A DNA stretch of 60,067 bases from Hungatella sp. UBA3402 (lineage in GTDB: Bacteria; Bacillota; Clostridia; Lachnospirales; Lachnospiraceae), in contig DEPC01000115.1 in assembly GCA_002358555.1 (NCBI GenBank), positions 1-60,067 on the forward strand. The letters run 5' to 3'. How positions within the stretch are numbered: the first letter of the stretch is position 1; each line of letters begins with the position of its first letter. The position numbers were made by a program, and so were the translations under genes. Positions 20,947 through 29,534 of the stretch are shown here, piece by piece. Below the pieces are notes generated by a model that made no database searches, had not been told where the DNA came from, and saw only the letters and a program-made list of their open reading frames with translations.

Positions 20947-20990
20947 TTGACGAAAGTTCTAATTTTGGTTAGAATGTTAGTATACTGACA
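20947..20990 (+). promoter_or_regulatory. Sigma-A promoter with an adjoining palindromic operator
   Basis: TTGACG-17-TAGAAT; near-perfect palindrome TGTTAGTATACTGACA at 20975-20990. Confidence 0.7.
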
Positions 20991-21078
20991 TAAATGAGTG
21001 GCCGTATCTATTCAGATAGGATTATTTATCTACAGCTTCTTGAGTATGTTTCAAAAATTCTTAAAGGAACCCATTTCT

Positions 21079-21507
21079 ATGGAGATAGAGCATGTAGGAT
21101 TTGAAATTCGTACCTTATCAAATCTGATACGTCGGAAAATCAATCAGATGGTTGCAGAAGAAGAGGAAACATTAACAGCACATCAGGTTTGGGTGCTGGA
21201 TTTTCTGGTACACAGTGAAGGCAATGACATTGCCCAGAGAGATATCGAGAAAAAATTTTCTATCCGGCGTTCTACAGCCAGTCATATGCTAAAGCTGATG
21301 GAAAATAATGGGTATATCAGGCGAATTTCTGTGCCAGAGGATGCCAGGGTAAAGCAGATTGTCCTAACCGACAAAGGACAGGAAGCTCATGAACGGATGA
21401 AGGATAGGCTGAGGCGATTTGAGACTATGCTTCAGACAGGAATGACAACCGAAGAACTACAAGAGTTTCTTCATATGGTGAAGCGGTTCCAACAGAATAT
21501 TGATTAG
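21079..21507 (+). CDS. MarR-family transcriptional regulator
   Basis: QRDIEKKFSIRRSTASHMLKLMENNGYIRR...DARVKQIVLT winged helix. Confidence 0.92.
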   Translation: MEIEHVGFEIRTLSNLIRRKINQMVAEEEETLTAHQVWVLDFLVHSEGNDIAQRDIEKKFSIRRSTASHMLKLMENNGYIRRISVPEDARVKQIVLTDKGQEAHERMKDRLRRFETMLQTGMTTEELQEFLHMVKRFQQNID

Positions 21508-21531
21508 AAGTGACAATATTTAGATAGTTAC

Positions 21532-21570
21532 AAAGAAAGGCCAACATAACCCTGGGTTGGCTTTCTTTTT
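21532..21570 (+). terminator. Intrinsic terminator after the MarR gene
   Basis: AAAGAAAGGCCAAC/GTTGGCTTTCTTT stem with T tail. Confidence 0.65.
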
Positions 21571-21578
21571 GCTAAGAT

Positions 21579-21594
21579 TGTCAGTGTACGAACA
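21579..21594 (+). promoter_or_regulatory. Second copy of the putative MarR operator, upstream of the MATE gene
   Basis: TGTCAGTGTACGAACA directly after extended -10 TGcTAAGAT. Confidence 0.55.
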
Positions 21595-21616
21595 AAAGGA
21601 GAAGGAGGATTTGTAT

Positions 21617-22972
21617 ATGAACAGCAACAAACAATTATTTGAAGAAGCTCCCGTGTCAAAGGCAGTAGCAGTCATGGCGATTCCTACTATGATTTCTATG
21701 TTGGTAGTGGTCATTTATAATATGGCAGATACCTTTTTTATCGGGCAGACAGGAGACCCTATGCAGGTGGCAGCAGTTTCCTTGGCAACTCCAGTGTTTA
21801 TGGTGTTTATGGCTCTGGGCAATTTATTTGGAATTGGTGGTAGTTCGGCAATTTCTAGAGCCCTTGGAGAGAAAAAGATAGAAAGGGCAAGACAAATCTC
21901 TTCGTTCTGCTGTTATGGCTCTCTAGGACTTGGCATCATCATGTCTCTTGGATTTTTAATAGGAATGAACGGAATTTTAAAGCTTATTGGAGCCAGTGAA
22001 AATACAATTGGATTTGCAAGAGATTATTTGACGTATATTGCATTTGGTGGACCATTTATTATGTTCGGAACTGCATTCGGCAATATTTTGCGAGGAGAGG
22101 GTGCAGCAAAGGAATCTATGATTGGCAATATGATTGGCACTGTGACAAATATTGTGTTGGACCCTATCATGATTTTAATGTTAGGCTGGGGAGTTGTAGG
22201 AGCTGCTGTGGCAACAGTAATTGGAAATATAGCAGCAAGTGCATTTTATTTATTGTATTTTCTTAGGAAAAAATCGAGTCTTTCGATTCGCTTAAAGGAT
22301 TTTCATATGGGTGACAGGATTGCGGCAGGGGTTATGTCTATCGGAATTCCAGCATCCTTGAACAATATTCTTATGAGCTGTGCTAATATTGTTTTGAATC
22401 AGGTACTTATCAGCTATGGAGACACTCCAGTAGCAGCGATGGGAGTCGCCAGCAAAGCTAATATGCTGGTGGTGCTTTTGCAGATAGGGTTGTGTGCAGG
22501 AATCCAACCTCTAATCGGCTATAATTATGGAGCGAGAAATAAAAAGCGTCTCTTGGAGGTATTTAAGTTTACAGGATTATGTGCAGTGATTATAGGAACC
22601 CTTTTAACTGCTGTGATGGTAGTAGCTAGACAGACCGTAATCCGAGCATTTATTGATGATGCTGAGGTAATTGCATATGGAATTCAGATGGTGATTGCAC
22701 TTCAGTTGTCAGGTCCAGTACTTGGAATATTGTTTTTGTGTATTAACACCATTCAGGGTATGGGGAAGGCAATTCCGTCCTTGGTTCTGACCATATGTCG
22801 TCAGGGATTAGTGTTTATTCCGTTGGTATATATCCTTAATGGAATGTTTGGGCTAGATGGAGTTGTCTATGCACAGGCAGTAGCAGACTTTATTTCCATT
22901 GTGCTATCCTTAGTAATATGTTTAGGAATTTTCCGTAAAATGGACCAGGTCAATGCTGCAATCAGTGATTAG
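21617..22972 (+). CDS. MATE-family efflux transporter (MepA-like)
   Basis: AIPTMISMLVVVIYNMADTFFIG, NIVLDPI, QPLIGYNYGA; about 12 TM segments. Confidence 0.95.
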   Translation: MNSNKQLFEEAPVSKAVAVMAIPTMISMLVVVIYNMADTFFIGQTGDPMQVAAVSLATPVFMVFMALGNLFGIGGSSAISRALGEKKIERARQISSFCCYGSLGLGIIMSLGFLIGMNGILKLIGASENTIGFARDYLTYIAFGGPFIMFGTAFGNILRGEGAAKESMIGNMIGTVTNIVLDPIMILMLGWGVVGAAVATVIGNIAASAFYLLYFLRKKSSLSIRLKDFHMGDRIAAGVMSIGIPASLNNILMSCANIVLNQVLISYGDTPVAAMGVASKANMLVVLLQIGLCAGIQPLIGYNYGARNKKRLLEVFKFTGLCAVIIGTLLTAVMVVARQTVIRAFIDDAEVIAYGIQMVIALQLSGPVLGILFLCINTIQGMGKAIPSLVLTICRQGLVFIPLVYILNGMFGLDGVVYAQAVADFISIVLSLVICLGIFRKMDQVNAAISD

Positions 22973-23059
22973 ATAGTGACATTTTTCTAAAATGATGGTA
23001 AAATGAATCAATAAGATCATCAAAAGTAATGTCCAAAAGCACAAGGAGGATAAAGGCTC

Positions 23060-23572
23060 ATGTTAGATACAAAGGTTGCAAGCCTGCTAAATGTGCAGGT
23101 GAATAAGGAATTCTATTCGGCATATTTATATCTGGATTTTTCTAATTATTATATGGACCAGGGACTAGAAGGATTTGCCAGTTGGTATAAGGTTCAGGCT
23201 CAAGAGGAGAGAGACCATGCCATGTTGTTTATGCAGTATTTACAGAACAATGGATGCAAGGTGACTCTAGATGTGATTGATAAGCCAGATAAAGAATTGA
23301 AAGATTTTTGTGACCCTCTTCATGCAGGGTATGAGCATGAGCAGTATGTGACTGGACTGATTCATACCATCTATGATGCAGCAAGTGAAGTAAAAGATTT
23401 CCGAACCATGCAATTTTTGGATTGGTTTATAAAAGAGCAGGGAGAAGAGGAGACTAACGCAGAAGGGCTGATTAAGAAATATAATCTATTTGGCCAAGAC
23501 CCAAGAGCTTTGTATATGATGGACAATGAACTGGGAGCAAGAGTATATTCGGCTCCATCTCTGGTGTTATAG
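23060..23572 (+). CDS. ftnA: Non-heme ferritin
   Basis: QVNKEFYSAYLY, QAQEERDHA, FLDWFIKEQGEEE. Confidence 0.93.
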   Translation: MLDTKVASLLNVQVNKEFYSAYLYLDFSNYYMDQGLEGFASWYKVQAQEERDHAMLFMQYLQNNGCKVTLDVIDKPDKELKDFCDPLHAGYEHEQYVTGLIHTIYDAASEVKDFRTMQFLDWFIKEQGEEETNAEGLIKKYNLFGQDPRALYMMDNELGARVYSAPSLVL

Positions 23573-23581
23573 GAATTGGGA

Positions 23582-24349
23582 ATGAGTATGAATGTATATA
23601 CAATGTGTTTCAGCCCCACAGGAGGAACTAGAAAGGTACTGAACATTCTTGCTAATGAGTTGGGGACATTCCAAGAAATTGATTTTTCTTTGCCAAGAAA
23701 GAACTATGGAATGTATCGATTTGAGAGAGGCGATGTATGTCTAGTTGGCGTTCCATCCTTTGGAGGTCGCGTCCCTGAGAGAGCACTTAAGAATTTAACA
23801 AGAGTAAAAGCTGACCATGGGGCAGCTATTCTGGTGGTTACTTATGGTAATCGGGCATATGATGATACGTTACTAGAGTTGAGAAAAGCTATGGAAGGCT
23901 GCGGTTTTCGCGTGGTAGCTGTGATAGCTGCTGCCACAGAACATTCTATCATGCATCGCTATGGAACAGGACGACCTGATGCCAGAGACAAAAAAGAACT
24001 GAAGGCCATGATAAAACCGATTCAAAAAAAGCTTCTCAAGCCAGAACAATGGAAGGATTTTTTTGTACCTGGGAAGTATCCTTATAGAGAATATTCCGGT
24101 GTGCCTTTAAAGCCAAAAGCAAATAAAAAATGCCGTAATTGCGGCATTTGCGCTGCAAAGTGTCCGGCAAGAGCCATTCCAAGAAAGCATCCAAATAAAA
24201 CCAATAAAAACCGATGTATTTCCTGTATGCGATGCATCCATATCTGTCCAGAAAGAGCAAGACAGTTGGATTGGAAGATGTCATTATTGGCTTCCATAAT
24301 GTTGAGAAAAGCCTGCTCAGGACGAAAAACAAATCAACTATTCCTTTAA
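23582..24349 (+). CDS. Flavodoxin-like domain plus 2x[4Fe-4S] ferredoxin (EFR1-like)
   Basis: FSPTGGT, TYGNRAYDD, two CxxCxxCxxxCP motifs. Confidence 0.88.
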   Translation: MSMNVYTMCFSPTGGTRKVLNILANELGTFQEIDFSLPRKNYGMYRFERGDVCLVGVPSFGGRVPERALKNLTRVKADHGAAILVVTYGNRAYDDTLLELRKAMEGCGFRVVAVIAAATEHSIMHRYGTGRPDARDKKELKAMIKPIQKKLLKPEQWKDFFVPGKYPYREYSGVPLKPKANKKCRNCGICAAKCPARAIPRKHPNKTNKNRCISCMRCIHICPERARQLDWKMSLLASIMLRKACSGRKTNQLFL

Positions 24350-24371
24350 AAACATAAAAATAAAAAATGTA

Positions 24372-24412
24372 AAAAACATGTTGGTATGCCTATTTTCTGC
24401 CAGCATGTTTTT
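24372..24412 (+). terminator. Intrinsic (bidirectional) terminator
   Basis: AAAAACATGTTGGTA/TGCCAGCATGTTTTT. Confidence 0.7.
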
Positions 24413-24608
24413 CTTTTGTTCTGCACATATTAAGAAGGCAGACGAGCCAGAAAAAAATTTGGCAGTCCTAATAAAAGTAAGTAAGACCAAGCAGAAAAGA
24501 AATTTGGTAGTTGTACTAAATAATAGGGAAAACGCTTGGAAAGAAAGTATTTTGAAAAAGAAGAAAGCCGTAAATGGCGCTAAACTATGCAAGAACAGGA
24601 GGGATATT

Positions 24609-24782
24609 ATGAGTCCAAAAGAATTAAGCTATATTGAAGATGCATTGGGGCATGAGAAATTTTTAAGAACCCAGTGTCAGGAGGCAATGAAAAATTTACA
24701 GGACCCCGAATTGAAGTCATGTGTAGAACAATTTTCTCAGAAACATCAACAGATGTTTGACAATTTTTATAATCTGATTTAA
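24609..24782 (+). CDS. Small spore-coat-associated protein (57 aa)
   Basis: AGGAGG RBS; MSPKELSYIEDALGHE...QDPELK, the usual partner of CotF-like genes. Confidence 0.75.
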   Translation: MSPKELSYIEDALGHEKFLRTQCQEAMKNLQDPELKSCVEQFSQKHQQMFDNFYNLI

Positions 24783-24798
24783 GGGAGGAGGAAATCAT

Positions 24799-25044
24799 AT
24801 GGATGACAGATGTATTATGGAAAACCTGCTTATGACGACCAAGGGAGTGTGTGACTTATATTTTCATGGAACCATAGAGTCCTCCACCCAAAATGTGCAT
24901 CAAGCATTTGACCAGGCTTTAGACAGCAGTCTATGTATGCAGGATGATATCTATAAAAAAATGTCTGCAAAGGGTTGGTATTCCACAGAAACTGCAGAGC
25001 AACAGAAAATGCAGAAGGTGAAAAATCAGTTTGCAGGAATGTAA
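24799..25044 (+). CDS. Spore coat protein, Coat F domain
   Basis: GGAGG RBS; MDDRCIMENLL..K...GTIESS...MSAKGWY. Confidence 0.8.
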   Translation: MDDRCIMENLLMTTKGVCDLYFHGTIESSTQNVHQAFDQALDSSLCMQDDIYKKMSAKGWYSTETAEQQKMQKVKNQFAGM

Positions 25045-25148
25045 TAATAGATTTAACAGCGCAATTAGCAATGATTTCAACAATTCTACCAACTAACACA
25101 GAATTATTGGGCGTAGCAGGACAATCTTTGAATTTAGAAAAAGAATAA

Positions 25149-25240
25149 AGAGTCTGACGATCCAGACTCTCTCGCCAGAGCGCGGCTGCATCAGCAGTCA
25201 TCTTCCTTATGCGCGCAGTGCGCATCCGCCGGAGGGTTTT
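25149..25240. other. GC-rich multi-stem structured element of unknown type
   Basis: Stems AGAGTCTG/CAGACTCT, GCGG/CCGC, CTGC/GCAG, ATGCGCG/TGCGCAT; core shared with 52016-52083. Confidence 0.5.
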
Positions 25241-25273
25241 GGCTTTATAGAACACAATTTCTTATAAAGTGAA

Positions 25274-25319
25274 AAAACGACGCAGCGATAGGATTTTATG
25301 CCTATCACTGCGTTGTTTT
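25274..25319. terminator. Bidirectional intrinsic terminator
   Basis: AAAACGACGCAGCGATAGG/CCTATCACTGCGTTGTTTT. Confidence 0.8.
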
Positions 25320-25443
25320 AGAGTGAAGAATTAGGTTAAGAGAGTAAAATCTGGAAAAATGTATTGACAAGCTTTCTGGTACAATGATACTTTAGACCAA
25401 GATATTGTTACAGTAAAAAGGGTTTTTAAAGGCAGGAAAGATT

Positions 25444-27339
25444 ATGGATAACAGGTTATGGCTGATTCTAGATGGATTATCGCAGGAATATAAAACTTCA
25501 AAGCAGATTGGAGAAGAGCTGGGAATCAGTGAAAAAACTGTGAGAACCAGGCTGAGGGAGTTGGAGAAGGAAATTTCTGGGAAAGGAGCAAAGGTCTGCT
25601 CAAAGCCTAGATATGGTTACAGACTAGAAGTTGATGAGCCAGAGATATGGAATCAGTTTAAAGGTGGAAGATACAAAGAGCAAAGAGGAGTCCCTGTAGA
25701 TTCCAGAGAACGTGTAGAGTATATGCTAGCTTTATTTTTAAACAGACCTGATTACAGAAAGCTGGAGGATTTAAGTGAATTTTTATATGTATCGCAAAAG
25801 ACACTTACCAATGAGCTGAAACGCGTGGAATATATATTAGATTGCTTTGATTTAAAGCTGGAAAGAAAACCTTACTATGGTATTCGAGCTGAGGGAAAAG
25901 AATTTAATAAACGATGTTGTATGTTAGAGAATTTTTACCTGCCAAAAAAATCTCTGTGGGAGGTTCATGGAAAGCGGGAAAAGGAAAATGATATCATTGG
26001 GGGGATTCTTTTAGAACTCACCAGAGAATATGGGATGCGCTTTACAGAGATTGCATTTCAAAATACTGTGCTCTATATTTCTTTAAGTATTTCCAGAATG
26101 AAAAAGGGAATGTTTATTGAAGAAGATGTGCAGCCAGAAAAGCAGGTGGGACGGGAGATGGAACTGGTAGAAAAGCTATATGAACGCCTTGTTTCTCCAG
26201 AATTAAAGGTTCCTCCTGTTGAAATCCATTTTACAGGAGCTTATATTGCTGGCAGACGGATTCTGGAGTTAGATAGGGAGTATGGAGAAAATGCAGTTGC
26301 CACAAAGGAGATGGACAACCTAATTTCAGAAATTTTAGAAGAAATTTTTTTAACCTATAGTTTAGAGTTGAGAGATAATCTAAATTTGAGGATTATGTTG
26401 ATACAGCATCTGATTCCCATGGAAATCCGCATTCGCTATGATATTCCTGTGGAAAATGTACCTGACCATCAAGTAAAGGAAAAATATATTTTAGCCTATT
26501 CCATGGCTCAGCTTGCCGCTACGATTCTGTCAAAGCATTATAAAAAGGAAATGCCAGAAGATGAGGTTGCCTGTATTGCCATGTATTTTGCTATGGCATT
26601 AGATGAACAGAAGATGTTAAAAAAGCGAAGAAATCGCATCTTGTTAGTATGTATCAGCGGAAAAGCTAGCTCCCGATTGTTGAAATACCGATTCCAGAGA
26701 GAATTTGAGGAGTACATTGAGTCTTTGCAAATTTGTGGGATGCATGAATTGGAACAGGTAGATTTGAGAGAGATAGACTTTATTTTTACGACAGTCCCCA
26801 TCTTTAAAAAAGTATCGGTACCTATCATGGAAATCCACGATTTTTTGGAAAGTGGGGAAATTATGTCTATCCGTCATTTTCTTCAGGTAGGGGATATGGA
26901 ATTTCTAAACAAATTTTATCGAAGAGAGTTGTTTTTCTCTGATGTATCGGGAAGTAACCGAGAGGAGGCCATTCATGAAATTTGTGTCCGAATGGCTCAA
27001 GTGGTTTGGATTCCAGAAGGATTTGAAGAGTCTGTCCTAGAACGAGAACAGTTTGGAGCAACTGATTTTGGAAATCTGGCAGCAATTCCTCATCCTCGTT
27101 ACAGCATGACCAAGGAGACTGTGGTAGCTGTGGCAGTGCTGAGACAGCCAGTTTTCTGGTCTTCTAACCAGGTACAGTTGGTGATACTGACCTCTTTAAA
27201 AGAGGTAGATGATGAAGATACACAGAAATTTTATGAAATCACAGCAGAATTTCTGTCAGATAAGGAGGCAGTAGAAGGACTCATAAAGGAGCCAGTATTT
27301 GAAAACTTTGAGAAAAGAATTACCGCATTAAAACGGTAA
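25444..27339 (+). CDS. PRD-containing PTS regulator (LicR/MtlR-type: HTH, PRD, EIIB-like, EIIA)
   Basis: ISEKTVRTRL HTH, LIQHL PRD, LLVCISG EIIB-like, AIPHP EIIA; TTGACA promoter at 25364. Confidence 0.92.
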   Translation: MDNRLWLILDGLSQEYKTSKQIGEELGISEKTVRTRLRELEKEISGKGAKVCSKPRYGYRLEVDEPEIWNQFKGGRYKEQRGVPVDSRERVEYMLALFLNRPDYRKLEDLSEFLYVSQKTLTNELKRVEYILDCFDLKLERKPYYGIRAEGKEFNKRCCMLENFYLPKKSLWEVHGKREKENDIIGGILLELTREYGMRFTEIAFQNTVLYISLSISRMKKGMFIEEDVQPEKQVGREMELVEKLYERLVSPELKVPPVEIHFTGAYIAGRRILELDREYGENAVATKEMDNLISEILEEIFLTYSLELRDNLNLRIMLIQHLIPMEIRIRYDIPVENVPDHQVKEKYILAYSMAQLAATILSKHYKKEMPEDEVACIAMYFAMALDEQKMLKKRRNRILLVCISGKASSRLLKYRFQREFEEYIESLQICGMHELEQVDLREIDFIFTTVPIFKKVSVPIMEIHDFLESGEIMSIRHFLQVGDMEFLNKFYRRELFFSDVSGSNREEAIHEICVRMAQVVWIPEGFEESVLEREQFGATDFGNLAAIPHPRYSMTKETVVAVAVLRQPVFWSSNQVQLVILTSLKEVDDEDTQKFYEITAEFLSDKEAVEGLIKEPVFENFEKRITALKR

Positions 27340-27422
27340 GATGCGTTCTGGAAGTTATCCGACATTTTATTTACAATAATATCATCAAGAGGTAATCAAG
27401 TTTTAGAAATGGAGGGAGGTCT

Positions 27423-27725
27423 ATGAGGAAAATTGTATTGCTTTGCAATATGGGAATGTCAACAAGCCTAATGGTGAATCGAATGAAAACAGCTGCCGCA
27501 GAGGAAGGATATGAATGTCAGATTAAAGCGCATTCCCTGCAAAAAGCAGAGAATGTCATTGCAGAGGCTGACATTCTGCTGATTGGGCCGCAGGTTGAAT
27601 ATGAATTGCCTCATCTAAAAGAAAAGTATCCAGATAAAAAGATAGAAACCATCACCATAGCAGATTATGGGAGAATGGATGGAAGGAAAGTTTTGGACCA
27701 CGTAAAAAAAGTTCTTGGTGATTAA
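27423..27725 (+). CDS. PTS lactose/cellobiose-family EIIB
   Basis: LLCNMGMSTSLMV, LIGPQV, DYGRMDG. Confidence 0.94.
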   Translation: MRKIVLLCNMGMSTSLMVNRMKTAAAEEGYECQIKAHSLQKAENVIAEADILLIGPQVEYELPHLKEKYPDKKIETITIADYGRMDGRKVLDHVKKVLGD

Positions 27726-27780
27726 AAGCAACCCTAATGAAACAAAGGGCAAAAGCTATCAAACAATAGGGGAGAGAAAA

Positions 27781-29073
27781 ATGTCGGATAATAAAAATAC
27801 ATTTATACAATCATTTCAGATGAAATTAGGGGAATTTGCCTCAGCTATGAGTGCAAATATTTATGTAACAGCTATTCGCGATGCCATGTTGGCCTATGTG
27901 CCTTTTACCTTTATTGCATCTATTTTCCTTATTTTGGCCTGCTTTCCGGTGGAAGGATTTAACAATCTGATATCGTCCATCTTGCATTGCGAGGCAGCAG
28001 TATGGCAGGGAAAACTGTTGTATGTACATAGTTCCAGTCTTGCCATCGGAGGTCTTTTGGTGTCTATGACCATGGCCCATTCGATTGCAGAAAAGATGAA
28101 GCTCAATGAGATTCAGATAACCGTAACGTCTGTGGTAAACTATTTAATCTTGACACCTATGGTAAGTTCTGAGGCAGGCAATGCCATTTCTTTAAATTCT
28201 GTCAGTGCGGAAGCGATGTTCTGTGCGATTTTGACAGGAATTTTTACAGCAAAGATTTACCAGATAATAGACAGCAAAGGCATTAAAATCAAGATGCCAG
28301 AGGCAGTTCCTCCGGCAGTATCAGCTCCATTTGAATCATTGATTCCGTCCTTTGGTGCGATTGTGGTATTCTGGGCAGTTCGTCTCATTATGGATGCCAT
28401 GGGAACCAATGCAGTAGCTTTTATTAATGGTACCTTGGGTATGCCGTTATTTTTAATCGGTGGTTCTATCTTTGGTATTGTGGGAGCTAAAATATTTGAG
28501 CAGCTTTTATGGTTCTTTGGACTTCATGGAGGCTCCATCGTCTCAGGAGTTATGACTCCTGTTTTGCAGGTATTGGAAGACCAGAACCGTAATCTTTCTA
28601 TGATGGGCCAGATGCCTACCAATATTATCAGTAGCAGCTTTTATTCCCATTTTGCCTCAGTAGGTGTTGTGGGAGGTGTAGTTGCAGCTTTACTTGTAGC
28701 AAAAAGCCGTCAATATAAGGAAATTTCAAAAATTGCCGCAGTTCCCTATATTTTTGGAGTAGGAGAACCAGCGTTATTTGGATTTCCTATGATGTTGAAC
28801 TTTGATTTGATTATTCCATTTTTAACTTCCAATGCAATTTCGGCTATTATTGCTTATGTAGCATTTTCGATGAAATTGGTTCCAGTTGCCACAGGTTTGG
28901 TTCAGCTTCCATGGACTACACCGCTTCTGGTCAGTGGAGCATTGATTACAAACAGCATTTCAGGGGCTATTTTACAGTTAGTCCAGTTGGTGGTGGCAAC
29001 CTTTATATGGCTTCCATTTATCAAAAAGGCTGATAACCGAAATCTTGCAGCAGAGAGTGGAGCAGCGGAGTAA
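27781..29073 (+). CDS. PTS lactose/cellobiose-family EIIC
   Basis: AIRDAM, IKMPEAVPPAVS, LLWFFGLHG, EPALFGFPM, LPWTTP. Confidence 0.94.
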   Translation: MSDNKNTFIQSFQMKLGEFASAMSANIYVTAIRDAMLAYVPFTFIASIFLILACFPVEGFNNLISSILHCEAAVWQGKLLYVHSSSLAIGGLLVSMTMAHSIAEKMKLNEIQITVTSVVNYLILTPMVSSEAGNAISLNSVSAEAMFCAILTGIFTAKIYQIIDSKGIKIKMPEAVPPAVSAPFESLIPSFGAIVVFWAVRLIMDAMGTNAVAFINGTLGMPLFLIGGSIFGIVGAKIFEQLLWFFGLHGGSIVSGVMTPVLQVLEDQNRNLSMMGQMPTNIISSSFYSHFASVGVVGGVVAALLVAKSRQYKEISKIAAVPYIFGVGEPALFGFPMMLNFDLIIPFLTSNAISAIIAYVAFSMKLVPVATGLVQLPWTTPLLVSGALITNSISGAILQLVQLVVATFIWLPFIKKADNRNLAAESGAAE

Positions 29074-29112
29074 CCGAAAGCAATGGATTTTAGGAGACAG
29101 GAGTACATAGAG

Positions 29113-29454
29113 ATGAGTGAAGAAAATGTAACCAGAATGGTACAGATGATAAGCACTGCTGGCATGGCAAGGGCAAAATATATGGAGGCAGTTCGGGCAG
29201 CCAAGGCTCAAAACTTTGAAAAAGTGCCAGAGCTGATGGAAATAGGTGATGAGTGCTTTGGAAAGGCCCATGAACTTCATTCAGAATTTCTAGCTTCTGG
29301 CTCTGCTGATTTGACTGCGTGTGGTGTAGGAGCAGAAATCAATTTAATTTTAGTTCATGCTGAAGACCAGATGATGTGTGCTGAGACATTCCGAATGATG
29401 GCAGCAGAGCTGGTTGATGTGTATAGAAAACTTTATGACAAGAAAAAGAACTGA
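29113..29454 (+). CDS. PTS lactose/cellobiose-family EIIA
   Basis: AGMAR, KAHELH, ILVHAEDQMM; AGGAG RBS favours 29113. Confidence 0.92.
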   Translation: MSEENVTRMVQMISTAGMARAKYMEAVRAAKAQNFEKVPELMEIGDECFGKAHELHSEFLASGSADLTACGVGAEINLILVHAEDQMMCAETFRMMAAELVDVYRKLYDKKKN

Positions 29455-29534
29455 TTGACAAGTGGCAGCCCATTTCCAAAAAGGAACAGGCTGCCACAAC
29501 AATTATAAGTCAAAGATAGAAAGGAAGGCACATC

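Noticed and set aside
24437..24525. Two imperfect direct repeats (GAC..GC.AGAAAA.AAATTTGG.AGT) upstream of the spore-coat genes
   Set aside because: Only two degenerate A-rich copies; no sporulation sigma consensus could be assigned confidently
24830..25255. This and other short ORF-track entries antisense to or nested in real genes
   Set aside because: No RBS or recognisable motifs; shadow ORFs of coding or structured DNA
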